In this document: one piece after another, positions 1 through 13,249 of the stretch | Numbering within the stretch: the stretch's first letter is position 1 | How the letters are laid out: every line of letters begins with the position of its first letter | From: Mobula hypostoma | Lineage: Eukaryota | Direction: 5' to 3' | Length of the DNA: 64,000 bases | NCBI RefSeq assembly: GCF_963921235.1 | Contig: NC_086108.1 | Location: 34,102,001-34,166,000, forward strand | Program-made: the position numbers and the translations under genes | The notes under the pieces: generated by a model | What the model was told of the DNA's origin: nothing | Seen by the model: the letters and a program-made list of their open reading frames with translations, nothing else | Databases searched by the model: none

Positions 1-3000
1 TATCTTGTATACCCCTATCATGTCTCCTCTCATCCTCTTTCTCTCCAAAGAGTAAAGCCCTACCTCTCTTAATCTCTGATCATAATGCATACTCTCTAAA
101 CCAGGCAGCATCCTGGTAAATCTCCTCTGTATGCTTTCCAATGCTTCCACATCCTTTCTATAGTAAGGTGACCAGAACTGGACACAGTACTCCAAGTGTG
201 GCCTAACCAGAGTTTTATAGAGCTGCATCATTAACTCGCAACTCTTAAACTCTATCCCTCGACTTATGAAGGCTAACACCCCATCGGCTTTCTTAACTAC
301 CCTATCTACCTGTGAGGCAACTTTCAGGGATCTGTGGACATGTACCCCGAAATCCCTCTGCTCCTCCACACTACCAAGTATCCTGTCATTTACTTTGTAC
401 TCTGCCTTGGAGTATGTCCTTCCAAATTGTACCACCTCACACTTCTCTGGGTTGAACTCCATCTGCCACTTCTCAGCCCACTTCTGCATCCTATCAATGT
501 CTCTCTGCAATCTTTGACAATCCTCCACACTATCCACAACACCACCAACCTTTGTGTCATCTGCAAACTTGCCAACCTACCCTTCTACCCCCACATCCAG
601 GTCGTTAATAAAAATCATGAGAAGTAGAGGTCCCAGAACCGATCCTTGTGGGACACCACTAGTTACAACCCTCCAATCCAAACATACTACCTCCGCCACG
701 ACCCTCTGCTTTCAGCAGGCAAGCCAATTCTGATTCCACCTGGCCAAACTTCCCTGGATCCCATGCCTTCTGACTTTCTGAATAAGCCTACCGTGTGGAA
801 CCTTATCAAATGCCTTACTAAAATCCATGTAGATCACATACACTACAGTACCCTCATCTATATGCCTGGTCACTTCCTCAAAGAACTCTATCAGGCTTGT
901 TAGACACGATCTGCCAAGCATCAGACCATGATTCTCTAAATGCCTATAGATCCTATCTCTAAGAATCTTTTCCAACAGATTTCCCACCACAGACGTAAGG
1001 CTCACTGGTCTATAATTACCCGGACTATCCCTACTACCTTTTTTGAACAAGGGGACAACATTTTCCTCCCTCCAATCCTCCGGTACCATTCCCGTGGACA
1101 ACGAGGACATAAAGATCTTAGCCAGAGGCTCAGCAATCTCTTCCCTCACCTCGTGGAGCAGCCTGGGGAATATTCCGTCAGACCCCGGGGACTTATCTGT
1201 CCTAATGTATTTTAACAACTCCAACACCTCCTCTCCCTTAATATCAACATGCTCCAGAGCATCAACCTCACTCATATTGTCCTCACCGTCATCAAGCTCC
1301 CTCTCATTGGTGAATACCGAAGAGAAGTATTCATTGAGGACCTCACTCATTTCCACAGCCTCCAGGCACATCTTCCCACCTTTATCTCTAATCGGTCCTA
1401 CCTTCACTCCTGTCATCCTTTTTCTCTTCACATAATTGAAGAATGCCTTGGGGTTTTCCTTTACCCTACTCGCCAAGGCCTTCTCATGCCCCCTTCTTGC
1501 TCTTCTCAGCCCCTTCTTAAGCTCCTTTCTTGCTTCCCTATATTCCTCAATAGACCCATTTGATCCTTGCTTCCTAAACCTCATGTATGCTGCCTTCTTC
1601 CACCTGACTAGATTTTCCACCTCACTTGTCACCCATGGTTCCTTCACCCTACCATTCTTTATCCTCCTCACCAGAACAAATTTATCCCTAACATCCTGCA
1701 AGAGATCCCTAAACATCGACCACATATCCATAGTACATTTCCCTGCAAAAACATCATCCCAAATCACACCCACAAGTTCTAGCCTTATAGCCTCATAATT
1801 TGCCCTTCCCCAATTAAAAAATTTTCCTGTCCTCTCTGATTCTATCCTTTTCCATGATAATGCTAAAGGCCAGGGAGCAGTGGTCACTGTCCCCCAGATG
1901 CTCACCCATTGAGAGATCTGTGACCCGACCTGGTTCGTTACCTAATACTAGATCTAGTATGGCATTCCCTCCCATCGGCCTGTCAACATACTGTGACAGG
2001 AATCTGTCCTGGACACACTGAACAAGCTCTGCCCCGTCTAAACCATTGGAACTATTCAGATGCCAACCAATATTAGGGAAATTAAAGTCACCCATGATAA
2101 CAACCCTGTTATTTTTGCACCTTTCCAAAATCTGCCTCCTAATCTGCTCCTTGGTATCTCTGCTGCTACCAAGGGACCTATAGAATACTCCCAATAAAGT
2201 AACTGCTCCCTTCCTGTTCCTGACTTCCACCCATACTGACTCAAAAGAGGATCCTGCTACATTACCCACCCTTTCTGTAGCTGTAATTGTATCCCTGACC
2301 AGTAATGCCACCCCTCCTCCCCTTTTCTCCCCTCTCTATCCCTTTTAAAGCACTGAAATCCAGGAATATTGAAAATCCATTCCTGCCCTGGTGCCAACCA
2401 AGTCTCTGTAATGGCCACTACATCATAATTCCATGTATGTATCCAAGCTCTCAGTTCATCACCTTTGTTCATGATGCTTCTTGCATTGAAGTACTCGCAC
2501 TTTAGCCCTTCTACCTTACTACCTTTGCACCCTTTATTCTGTTTCTTTTTCCTCAAAGCCTCTTTATATGTTAGATCCGGCTTTCCTCCATGCACTATAC
2601 TTGCAGTTCTCTCATGACATTTATCCTCCTCCACCTCACTAACTGCTCTAACACTCTGGTTCCTCTCCCCCTGCAAATCTAGTTTAAACCCCCCGGAGCA
2701 GCACTAGCAAACCTTCCCGCAAGGATGTTAGTCCCACTCCAGTTCAGGTGCAACCCGTCCCGTCGGAACAGGTCCCACCTTCCCTGGAACAAGGCCCAAT
2801 TGTCCAGAAACATGAAGCCCTCCCTCCAGCACCAACTCCTTAGCCACGTATTTAGCTGCATTATCTTCCTATTTCTAGCCTCACTAGCACGTGGCACGGG
2901 TAGCAATCCTGAGATTGCAACCCTGGAGGTCCTGTCCTTCAACTTTGCACCTAACTCCCTAAACTCTCTTTGCAGGACCTCCTCCTTCTTCTTATCCACG

Positions 3001-3312
3001 TCATTGGTCCCTACATGGACCACGACATCTGGCTGCTCACCCTCCCTCTTGAGAATACTGAGAACTCAATCTGAGATATCATGGACCCTGGCACCAGGGA
3101 GGCAACAGACCATCCGGGATTCTCAATCTCTCCCACAGAACCTCTTATCTGTCCCCCTAACTATCGAATTCCCTATCACTACTGCTCTCCTCTTTTCCCT
3201 CCTTCCCTTCTGAGCTGAGGGTCCAGTCTCGGTGCCAGAGACACGACCAGTGCAACTAGTCCCTGGTAGGTCATCCAACAGTATCCAAAACGGTGTACTT
3301 ATTATTGAGGGG
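1..3312 (-). mobile_element. CR1-clade LINE, 5'-truncated within ORF1 and running off the left edge (ORF1 SGNH esterase; ORF2 APE endonuclease + RT; frameshifts and small internal deletions)
   Basis: Minus-strand ORFs: 2679-3023 (VHVGTND...ISGLLPVP...DGLHLN, SGNH esterase of CR1 ORF1), 2257-2676 and 1814-2311 (NARS, ITETWL, MGDFNFP, SDH endonuclease motifs), 712-1905 ([30 protein letters not shown] motifs). Confidence 0.95.
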
Positions 3313-3767
3313 ATTGTTACTCTGCCATTATTTCAGCAAAATAGGTCAATTTATTCAAATTCATCATGGAATTAATCTTAAACTAACCTTTTCACTTTGC
3401 AAAATTAAGATCTCAAGATCAGTAACATTAGATTATTCATATTTACAATAAGGCTACATTTATGACTTATTAAGGTCATACTTCAGTTTCCTCTTGTATA
3501 ATCCACAGAGCAGAAGAATTCTGTAGATGATGGGAAACGAAATCATAAAATGGGAAAGCTTAGACCAGAATCTTACAAAAGCAGTTGTTGGCCTCATTGT
3601 GATTAACGCTTAAGTGCCAAATGTACTCACCATGGGTGGTTTGAACACTGAAAAGCACTGCACATAAAGAAAAAAGGCAGACTGGAATGGTAATAATTAG
3701 GTCTCCTTATTTTAAAATGCTTTGGAACATTTTGTCAAAGAATGAAACAAAAATTAACATTCAGAGC

Positions 3768-4985
3768 GACTTACATATGTGAATTACTGCAAAACTGCCA
3801 CTCCTGTTTTCTTCCAGTGGTTAGACGTCACTATTAATATTTGTTCAATACATAAAATATTCAAAGAAAACAAATTAGCATAAATGCTCTTCCATATAAG
3901 ACGTTTGAAAATAATAAAGGTATCAGAAAAAATGCATACAAACACTTAGAAATTTTTAAAATAATTTCTTAAAATGCGGAGTGCTTCAGCTCTTCCCCTG
4001 CTAAGCTGCAGACATAGAATTCCCATTGAAATTCACGGGGCTTCCAGTCCTGCTGGCTCTGACAGGCACAGGATTCATATGTAGTGCTGCTTAGAGCATC
4101 ATCTGACATTCAGCAAGCTCCAGAATCCAGAAGCCTCTTCAGCATTACAGCCTCCAAGACCTTACTCATCGCAAAAGTCAAACTAATATGTACAATGAAC
4201 TGGTAAAAATATTCAACAAGGCAGGCAATATCTGTAGGGAGTGAGATGGGACTGACTTTGCAGGTCAGCAATCTTCATCAGAAGTGGAAACTGTTGCAAT
4301 TTTGAGTACGGGACCAAGGAATGATGAGAAGGGAGAAATACGTAGAAATTAAAGTTGGGGAAGCCCAGTGATGGGTTAGAAACTAGGCAAAATTGAATGG
4401 GAAGTCAAAGGACAGTGCAAATGTTAACATGGTGAGAAAATGTTAATGGCGTGTCCAGAGTTGTAAATAGTAGGGCAATTTCCCACACCTGGTGTCCAAA
4501 AGAGCGGGTGAAATGGAATCTCCAACCATTGACCTCAGTGTTGATTCTGAATTTGGAGAATTCTCCCATGAAACTTCTTGAATAAATAGCCTGAATTAAG
4601 TCATCTCCTTCTGCATTCCTGTGTATTACACTGAATCACTAGTCTAAACAAAATGCTTTGATTTTGGAGTAGAACTTGGATCTTTAATTTGGAACTGAGA
4701 GTGCTATCATGGAACAAAGACAACATCAAAAGTACATGGATTGAAGTGCAATGGAACAGATTCAGTTAATGATTGTTGTTACTTACAGCTAATGCTTGCT
4801 GCCCGAAGGAAAATCATTGTGTTTTTAAAGACAAGCAAATAAAACCCAAATCATTTTACAGCAATCGCCTAAAGGGACTTGCATAAGTGAATTACTGCAA
4901 AACTGCCTCTCTTGGTTTCCTAAGTGGTTATGCATCATTGTTAAGGACTATTCTGTACATAAAATAACAGAAGAAAACAAATTGC
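3768..4985 (+). repeat. Diverged ~110 bp direct duplication (copies ~3768-3878 and ~4876-4985)
   Basis: Both copies contain an identical 21-mer GTGAATTACTGCAAAACTGCC (3779-3799, 4887-4907) and align on to TACATAAAATA...AAGAAAACAAATT. Confidence 0.8.
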
Positions 4986-5699
4986 AATGATTAAAAATGA
5001 TCTGTTAGTTGTTGTCGATAGCTGGAGGTCATGGTGATATAATGCTGCAAATTACAAATGTACCTTTTTAGACATCATGTGGAGCTTACATACGCCCATG
5101 TGCCTTCTAGGAAACAGTGAATGGACACTTATTGGAAGTTCAATCAAAACAGAGTTCCTACAGCACAATAATAAGAATATAATGGAGCTAACAACTGCAT
5201 TTGCCTCCTGTTTCTTATATCTAAACCAGTGTTTTCCGGTTTACAGAGACCATCCTTGTACCATTTGGCAAAATTATAATTTCTCAATAAACTACTTCCT
5301 TTCCTCTAACAGTGACATGTAGAAGAATAATAATGAATATATTAGCAAAGATAATCGGGGACAACCATCTAGCTATTATTTGGAATTATCACGTTTCAAA
5401 GGCATAGCCTCATCACAAGTGCACTTTGAGCTTGGGTATGAACAAAGAAGCACAAAGTTAGGAATAGGAGTAGACCACTTGGTCCCTTAAATCTTTTAAG
5501 AAGATCATTGCTGATCTGACTGCAAACTCAATTCTGAACTTTTGTCTATCCATAGCAAATCTTCCTCCTTGGTTATCAATTATCTACTTACTGTCCTTTA
5601 TAAGTATTCAAAGGATGTTTCCATCATTTCTCTTTCAGGACAAGTGTTCCAAACATGACGAATCACATACAGAAACTAAGACTGTAGATAGGCCTTTAA

Positions 5700-6525
5700 A
5701 CCAAATAGTAGGGGGTGCATTCAACAGCTTGGAAAAGTATGGATAAAGTCAAAAGACAGGCGAGTGCAATATAATTTGTAATGTCTCCAGAATAAAGAAA
5801 ATGATAAGAATATAATATTAGGTGACATGGAGAGAAAATGGAGAACAGTAGTGAATCGAAGACTGAAGGTGTTATATTTGAATGCACGCAACATGTGAAG
5901 TAAGGTAGGTAAGCTTATAGTAATGCTAGAAATTGGCAAGTATGACATTGTTAGCATCACTGGAGAAAAGTCATTTCTGGCTTTCGTGTAGTGATATTGG
6001 GGAGCTTAAGGTAAAAGTACTCTTAGGAGAAAGTGATCATAATATGATAGAATTTACCCTGTAGCTTGAGATGGAAAAGCTAAAGTCAAATTGATATGGG
6101 ATATTGGGATGATGGTAGAACAGCTATAGTTGGAGTTTTTGAAAGTAATTCGGATGATACAGGATCAGTTCATCCCGATTAAAAAGAAAAAGCATTTTGA
6201 AAGGAGGATGAGGCAACTTTAGCTGATGAGGGAAGGCAAAGACAGCATAAAAGCAAAATACAAGCCATACAACATAGTAAACATTAGTGGAAAGCTAGAG
6301 GATTGGGAAGCTTTTAAAAATCAACACAAGTCAATTAAAAAAAGAAAGAGAGAAAAGATGAAATGTGAAGGTAAGTTGGCCAATAATATAAAAGAGGATA
6401 CCAAAGGTATTTTCAGGCTTATAAAGGTTAAAAGAGAGTCAAGAATGAATATCAGGCTGTTGGAAAATGATGTTGGAGAGGTAGTAATGGAGAACAAAGA
6501 AATGGCAGATGAACTGAATAAGAAC
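5700..6525 (+). mobile_element. Degenerate CR1 fragments (endonuclease/linker region)
   Basis: LKVLYLNAR-like segment near 5860-5890; ORF 6226-6549 (GKLEDWEAFK...KLANNIKEDTK...MADELNK) resembles the CR1 ORF2 linker seen at 28675-29471. Confidence 0.8.
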
Positions 6526-7289
6526 ACTGTGGAAGAATGTTTGCCATGATTTTCCTGCAGAACACTGGGGAAAATGAAATTCTGTAAAGCCCTGTAGGTA
6601 GGTTTCTTTTTGGAGGCCAGCATTTGTTTGCAGTGGTTCAGAAAATCCAAGTTATTTTAATCCTTTCTTGAGAAAGTTCATATTTTTTAAATGTAATAAT
6701 GCCCCAAAGGAAAAAATATCATGCAATCATCCTTGCGTGATGTTGCATGGCTTGCTTATGTTACTTGACTTTGAGTTACATAACGTAATTGGTTCTAGTC
6801 CATTAATGCTGTGCTGTTCTTTATATCTGTTCTCTTCTTTCCGCCTCTACCTCAGGGCAAACGTTAAACTTGGTGTTGGTAGCTGGCAATAGCTGTTAAC
6901 ATTTTAAAAGAGATAGAAGGCAATAACATTGATCTTTGTTTTTGATGACTGAAAGTTTATTAATATGGTTTGCTTTACTCATTCCCAGATTTTGTACAAT
7001 CCCAAGGTAGATTGATTTGATTGCAAAATATTTGGAGCATTTTAGAAATTTAAATTGACCCCACAATTTACTCAATTTAGATCAAAAATGGTACAGTATT
7101 GGTGCAGTCCTTCCTTTAGAAATACTAGACATATATAGTCATATATAAGGCTTTATTTGTATAGTCTCAGTTCTTATTCCCATCTCCCATAGAATCCTGA
7201 GCAAAAGAAAAAAAATTAGATTATTTGGATTTCCCACAGAAATTCATACCTGCATGTTATTGGCTTCCAAGTTTGTAAATATTTTTTAT

Positions 7290-7510
7290 TTATTAAGATA
7301 CAGCACGGAATAGACCCTCTTGGCCTTTCAAGCCACACCACCTAGTAATCCCTGATCTAACATTAACCTGATCATGGGGCAATTTACAATGAGCAATTAA
7401 CCGACACTGGTACTACTTTGGACTGTGTGGGGGTGGGGGGAACAGAAGCACCCGGAGGAAACCCATGCAGTCTTGGGGAGACGGTACAAACTCCTTAAAG
7501 ACAGCAGCAA
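7290..7510 (-). mobile_element. V-SINE/HE1-like SINE
   Basis: Reverse complement of the V-domain core (GAAGCACCCGGAGGAAACCCATGCAG...ACAAACTCC) plus a LINE-like 3' tail. Confidence 0.7.
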
Positions 7511-7561
7511 GAATGGTATGTTTAATACTGAACAAGACTCAAAACATTTCAGTGATTTTCT

Positions 7562-7830
7562 AGTATGGTGGCATAGCAATTGGCTCTCCTTCCACACAGC
7601 TCCAGTGATTCAAATATGATTCTGTGTGGAGTTTGCACATTATCCCTGTGATTGTGATGCTTTTAGCTGAATTCTCCCACATTGCAAAGATATGCTGATT
7701 AATAGATTAAATAGTTACAATCATTTGCTGGTGGTGTAAGTGATTGACACGAGACAGAAGAGGTCGCAGTGAATATAAAAGGATGAGTGGGAGTACTCTG
7801 AGAGCCTGTACTACCGATAGGCTGAATCTA
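7562..7830 (+). mobile_element. V-SINE/HE1-like SINE (old)
   Basis: tRNA-like head (GGTGGCATAGC...ACAGCTCCAG) followed by CTGTGTGGAGTTTGCACATTATCCCTGTG...CTCCCACA V-domain core. Confidence 0.65.
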
Positions 7831-8189
7831 AATGTGAAATAATCCTTTGAATTTCATGTGTTTTGCATTATTTTCCTGGTCATGCAGATTGGGGAACACA
7901 CTTGAGGAATGAAAAATTAGAGGAGTGCTGTAAGCAGAAGTGGAAGCTGACGGATTGGAAATGAGCGACAAAGTGAAATAGGAGAAATACAAGTTGTAGG
8001 AGTCATAAACTGAGAAATCATCACTCACATATGTCATGAAATTTGTTCTTTTTTGCAGCAGTAGTACAATGCATAGAATTGCTACAGTACTGTGTAAAAA
8101 TCTTAGGCACCCTAGCTATATATATGTGCATATGACATTTGTACATCACTGTACTTCACCAACACTTCCGTAAAAAAATAAATTACTTT

Positions 8190-9003
8190 ATAGAAACATA
8201 GAAACATAGAAAATAGGTGCAGGAGTAGGCCATTCGGCCCTTCGAGCCTGCACCGCCATTTATTATGATCATGGCTGATCATCCAACTCAGAACCCTGCA
8301 CCAGCCTTCCATCCATACCCCCTGATCCCTGTAGCCACAAGGGCCATATCCAACTCCCTCAAGTATAGCCAATGAACTGTTTCCTGTGGCAGAGAATTCC
8401 ACAGATTCACCACTCTCTGTGTGAAGAAGTTTTTCCTAATCTCAGTCCTAAAAGGCTTCCCCCTTATCCTCAAACTGTGACCCCTCGTTCTGGACTTCCC
8501 CAACATCGGGAACAATCCCCCTGCATCTAGCCTGCCCAATCCCTTTAGGATTTTATATGTTTCAATCAGATCCCCCCTCAATCTTCTAAATTCTAACGAG
8601 TACAAGCCCAGTTCATCCAGTCTTTCTTCATATGAAAGTCCTGCCATCCCAGGAATCAATCTGGTGAACCTTCTTTGTACTCCCTCTATGGCAAGGATGT
8701 CTTTCCGCAGATTAGGGGACCAAAACTGCACACAATACTCCAGGTGTGGTCTCACCAAGACCTTGTACAACTGCAGTAGTACCTCCCTGCTCCTGTACTC
8801 GAATCCTCTCACTATAAATGCCAGCATACCATTCGCCTTTTTCACCGCCTGCTGTACCTGCATGCCCACTTTCAATGACTGGTGTATAATGACACCCAGG
8901 TCTTGTTGCACCTCCCCTTTTCCTAATCAGCCACCATTCAGATAATAATCTGTTTTCCTATTTTTTGCCACCAAAGTGGATATCTTCACATTTATCCACA
9001 TTA
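8190..9003 (-). mobile_element. CR1 LINE 3' fragment
   Basis: ORF 8288-8911 (LVRPHLEYCVQFWSP...LEFRRLRGDLIETYKI) is the CR1 ORF2 C-terminus; (ATAGAAAC)n tail at ~8190-8212. Confidence 0.95.
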
Positions 9004-9435
9004 AGCATGAAGTGCCAATTAAACTGAACTAGTGCATAGAAAGCAGCACATGACTTTGAGAAGCCAAACAAAGCAACTTCAGGTACAGTGCATCTGCTGT
9101 AATATACAAAATCAAGGCAAGCTAATGAAAAGTGCCCTCCAAGTATTACTTTGGCAATTTACCCATTTCAACATTGTGCCTTTGTGAAGCACCTTAGAAC
9201 TTTTTTTTCTACCATGAAGGCTCAAGATAGGCAGAAGCTGTTCTACAAGAAGTCTTCTTTCAGAGTTCTTAAATATTAGATATGACAAAATTCAACTAGG
9301 GACATCCCATGGAAGCAGTATTGTGTGACTGGTCATTGGTGAAATGCAATCACACTATTCAGAGGTGGTGTGATATCGTACCAGCTTCATTGAGACCTGG
9401 TGTTTTTCTGAAAACATACGTTGTTTCTGTTGCAG

Positions 9436-9497
9436 ATCATCTCAGGCTGAAGTACTGCAGTGGCGTGAATCTCTGGAGAAGCTTCTGATGAACAGCT
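9436..9497 (+). CDS. RGS5: RGS5-like coding exon 3 (62 nt)
   Basis: tgtttctgttgcag|A TCA TCT CAG GCT GAA GTA CTG CAG TGG CGT...AAC AGC T|gtgagt. It has the same 62-nt length and phases as the RGS4-like exon 3 in this window. Not in the ORF track. Confidence 0.9.
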
Positions 9498-9999
9498 GTG
9501 AGTTTCATTGTCTTCAAATGATTCAAAATTTCAATATAATGGTCTTCCTGGACATAAAGGAGATAGTACAATTGAGTTATATAACCACTACTTAATGAAT
9601 AGGCAGGGAACAGAAGCATACACACCATGTGCAGTCAGATGAGTTGAGCTGGCACTCACAGTGGATTGAAGGATGCATTCCTGTGCTGTACTTTTCTAAG
9701 TAAAACATGCCTTTATATGGTGCTTTGATAGCTCTTTCACAATTCAACAGTTCAAAGCTATTTTTCAAAAAAAAGATCAAAGGGAATAGAATCACAAACA
9801 TATTATTCTTTTACAGAGTATTAGAATTGAGGAGCAAAGAAATTTATTGTAGATGCCAGGGCTTGAAGAGACCCAAGAAGACAAGAATGAGCAGCCTTCC
9901 CTGCCCATTTTAAGATTAGCCAAAAACATCTCCCATTATGTACTTAAGTGCCAGGGACCGATTGTTATGTTCTCTCCAACAGCCTATCTCTACATTCTA

Positions 10000-10230
10000 G
10001 TGCTCTTTGCCTATTAGCATCCATTTTTCACACCTCCGGCTCACCTAGATCCACTTATTGTTTACTGGATCATACCCTACCTCTCCCCCAACCCTTCGCA
10101 CTGGTCATTTCCCCTCCATTCTTTCATTCCAGATGAAGGGTCTTGACCCCAAAACAACAACTGTCCATTTCCCTCTGCAGATGCTGTTTGACCTGCTGAG
10201 TTCCTCCAGCACTCTGCTTCTTTGCAGTGG
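10000..10230 (+). mobile_element. Penelope-like terminal-repeat-derived interspersed repeat
   Basis: GATGAAGGGTCTTGACCC...CAGATGCTG...GACCTGCTGAGTTCCTCCAGCA motif. Related copies at ~4190-4280, ~10990-11130 and ~55400-55615. Family assignment is from recall only. Confidence 0.55.
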
Positions 10231-12225
10231 TTTTCTGTTTGGTAAGGACGAGCAACCGACCAAGAAACACCTCTTTCCCTTTATTCTCTGGACCTCCACA
10301 TACAAAGGCAGCCATTTGTTGATTCATGTATCTTGTCCTCAACTCTCGAATTTTATTGATCAGAGTACATGAATCCTCAAAATTTAATTTGACCCTCCAT
10401 TTTCAGCACTTTGCCATTTAAACAGCACTCTTGCTGTTTTCTGTTAGTATAAAATGGATGCCTCACAAGTTCAGTTGTATTAAGATATTCCTTGTACATT
10501 AAATGTCCATTTGCAAGAGAAGCAACACTGTCCAATTTGTAGATAGTCATGTTACCCGGCTGATGCTGACTTTAGTTGTGGCATAGGCCAGCTGCTACTC
10601 TTCTAATGCTTTTCCTCCTTCGCTGATTTGATACTGGCAATTATATTTTAAACCCCAAACTTCTTTTACACTCCAGAATAAAAATAACAGTCTTGAAATA
10701 GATTGTGAGTGACCCTACATCTCAGAGGGGCATGTGCGAAGAATCAACACTTAAGATTTTTTTGCTCATTGACAAGAGACAGCCTTTGTATATTTTTAAT
10801 CTGACAAGCTAAAAAACATATCAACTTTTAACTTATTTCTTTGCCGATATTTTCAGAGCAGTCCACTGCTGGAAGTACACTTGCAGGACGGGAATAAGAT
10901 TGCTTACCTCAGAAAACATTTCTCTTTACATGATTCCTTCCAAGTTACATTAAATACAAATGGTAAAGTAAATCTATAGTAAACACAAATGACTGTAGAA
11001 CCTGGAATCTGAAGCAAGGAACAAAATGCTAGAGGAACCCAGCATTCTGGACCAGGATCTTGACCCAAAATATCAACAATTCCTTTCCTCCCACACTTGC
11101 TATATAACCCATTGAGTTTATCCAGCAGATTGATTGTTACCGTAAAAAAAAGGATCATTCAAGTTCGTATGTTTCTAAAATGTATTGATATATCCATGCC
11201 TGTAATGACTTCACAACATCCTTGCGTCCTAAGTCACTAACATTAAGAAATGACCCGATTTATGGGGATCATGACAATGCTGATCCACTACAATGGTGTC
11301 ATCCGCAAATTTATAAATAGAGTTGGAGCACAAATTGGTCACTCAGTCATGAGTGTATAGGGAGGATACTAAGGGGCTGAGGATGCAGCCTTATGCAGAA
11401 CTGAAGGTAATCGTGGAAGAGCTTTGCATAATTGCAGACGTCTGTACAGTTTACACAGCTGACTGAAGACAGAGCAAAGAAGAAACACAAGGAACTGTAA
11501 ACAAATCTGCAAAAGAGGATTACACCACATTTACACATAAATGATCGCAGTTATAACATTTGGATATTGTTCATTCAGCATTCTTTTGCTAATCCAAAGA
11601 TGTTAATGTAATAGGAATTCATAATCCATATCAACTACAATATTGTTCTTGAGAAAACAATTCTATGGGTCTGCCGTAGCTATTCATGACCTTTCTGTTA
11701 ATGAACATCTATAGGATGAAACTCTAAGATTTGATCAGTGATAGAAGGCATGTTCAATCATTGGCATTTGATGCCAGGTCTGTTTGCGGGTATTTTATGA
11801 CACTCTCTTATCTCAGGATGTCATAAAAGAGGGGCAAACTTTTGCTAGTGCTGCTTTGAGACTGAAGGTGGCACTTTCTGAGATTGACAGAGACCTGGCC
11901 TAATCTTTGGAATGTACTTAATTGACAAAGGTTGAATGCCTGCAGAAACGTTAGGCTGGTGGTCTCTTGGGTTGTTTATCATTTACTAACACCTGAACAG
12001 TTAAACCTTCATAACCTTCATCTAAACAGTTACCAAACATCCTCACATATTGAAAGCAAATGCATGTAGCTAAGAATGTAAAGACCTGTAGCCAGATCTG
12101 TATTACACCACTATGAAAATGGCTGTGATTAAATCTTGAAAAATGTTTGATTAATTTATCCCAGATGATGGCAGTGGTGAAATATGATAAGTTTAGAAAG
12201 AAATTTTCCATATGTTTCCTTCCAG

Positions 12226-12392
12226 ATGGTCTGGCTGCCTTCAAAGCCTTCCTCCAATCAGAGCACAGTGAGGAGAACATTGAGTTCTGGATGGCCTGTG
12301 AAGACTACAAGGCAACCAAGTCACCTATCAAGATGGCCTTGAAAGCAAAGAAGATCTTTGAAGACTTCATAGAGAAGGACGCTCCTCAAGAG
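12226..12392 (+). CDS. RGS5: RGS5-like coding exon 4 (167 nt, RGS domain)
   Basis: tttccttccag|AT GGT CTG GCT GCC TTC...CCT CAA GAG|gtttgg; encodes [27 protein letters not shown]. Confidence 0.95.
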
Positions 12393-12894
12393 GTTTGGCA
12401 GTGATTGCAAGGGCAAACATTTTATTTTAAAATATGAAATATGTCGTAAAGAACGTTTGTTGAAAAGTATACCCTTACATGGTAAAGTGCCGAGTACAAC
12501 CACTGTAAATTTCTCAACAAACATTTTCATTTTCAAAAAAAAACTTTTGTAAGCAAGATTGATTAATGTTTCAGAGAACAGAAAGAATATTGTTATTTGT
12601 GGAAAAGACACTTCAAAACATTGACCTCATTTCATAACAAGCGTCTATCTTGAAAATTGTGCATGGATTGCACAATGTTCTCCATTTGACTTTTCTTTGA
12701 GCGAATAAAGGCTTTTCAAAAAATGTTCTGAACTCAGGCTTGTAGAGAACATTCATTTTTAACCTTTAATTTACTATTGATTTTGCAAACAATTTCCAGC
12801 TCAATGAAATCTAAGCAGCCTTTAAGGTACTGTTAAAATGAGGCTTTGCAATGCAATGAGAGATGATCTTGAGATTTTGTCCTCTCTTCTACAG

Positions 12895-13056
12895 ATCAAT
12901 GTTGACCACTACACTAAAGAAGTCACCATAAAGAACCTTGCCGAACCTTCCACATCAACCTTTGAGTTGGCACAGAAGAAAGTTCTCTCTTTGATGGAGA
13001 AGGATTCATTCAGCAGGTTTCTGAAATCTGAAATTTATCTGGAGTTGATAAAGTAG
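12895..13056 (+). CDS. RGS5: RGS5-like last coding exon (162 nt including stop)
   Basis: ctcttctacag|ATC AAT GTT GAC...ATA AAG TAG; encodes INVDH...LMEKDSFSRFLKSEIYLELIK*. Confidence 0.95.
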   Translation: MNVDHYTKEVTIKNLAEPSTSTFELAQKKVLSLMEKDSFSRFLKSEIYLELIK

Positions 13057-13249
13057 CTGTGCACCTGGGCTGTGCAAAGCGTGGGTGGAGAGGGACTTTA
13101 GATGTCCTCACAAATCCACCCAGTAAAGGAATAAGCCCTCACCACTGGTAGCTAAATGGAGCTATCATCCCCGGCATTACTTTTCTTCAAAACTCTGGGC
13201 ACTAAAATGACATCACGTATATCTTGCACCTGTCTTTGCGTAGCCCCAA

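Larger units (their letters stand above)
9436..13056 (+). other. RGS5: RGS5-like gene, visible coding span (exons 3-5); 5' exons not found in the window
   Basis: Spliced product (x)[129 protein letters not shown]. The LQWR.SL.KLL motif, ELIK* end and convergence with an RGS4-like gene match RGS5 as I know it. Confidence 0.85.

Noticed and set aside
1043..1798. Antisense ORFs over CR1 ORF2, repeated at 22446-23201
   Set aside because: They are shadow frames of the LINE coding strand and recur only because the two copies are homologous.
2679..3023. SGNH/GDSL esterase ORF next to an RT as a novel gene pairing
   Set aside because: An esterase domain in ORF1 is a known feature of CR1-clade LINEs and recurs at 30434-30886 and 34387-34638.
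3974..4030. MRSASALPLLSC as RGS5 exon 1
   Set aside because: It lacks Cys2 and has no GT donor at the expected 44-nt position.
9050..9090. EKPNKATS-like peptide before a GT donor as RGS5 exon 2
   Set aside because: The phase does not fit exon 3, the phase-2 frame contains stops, and there is no credible acceptor.
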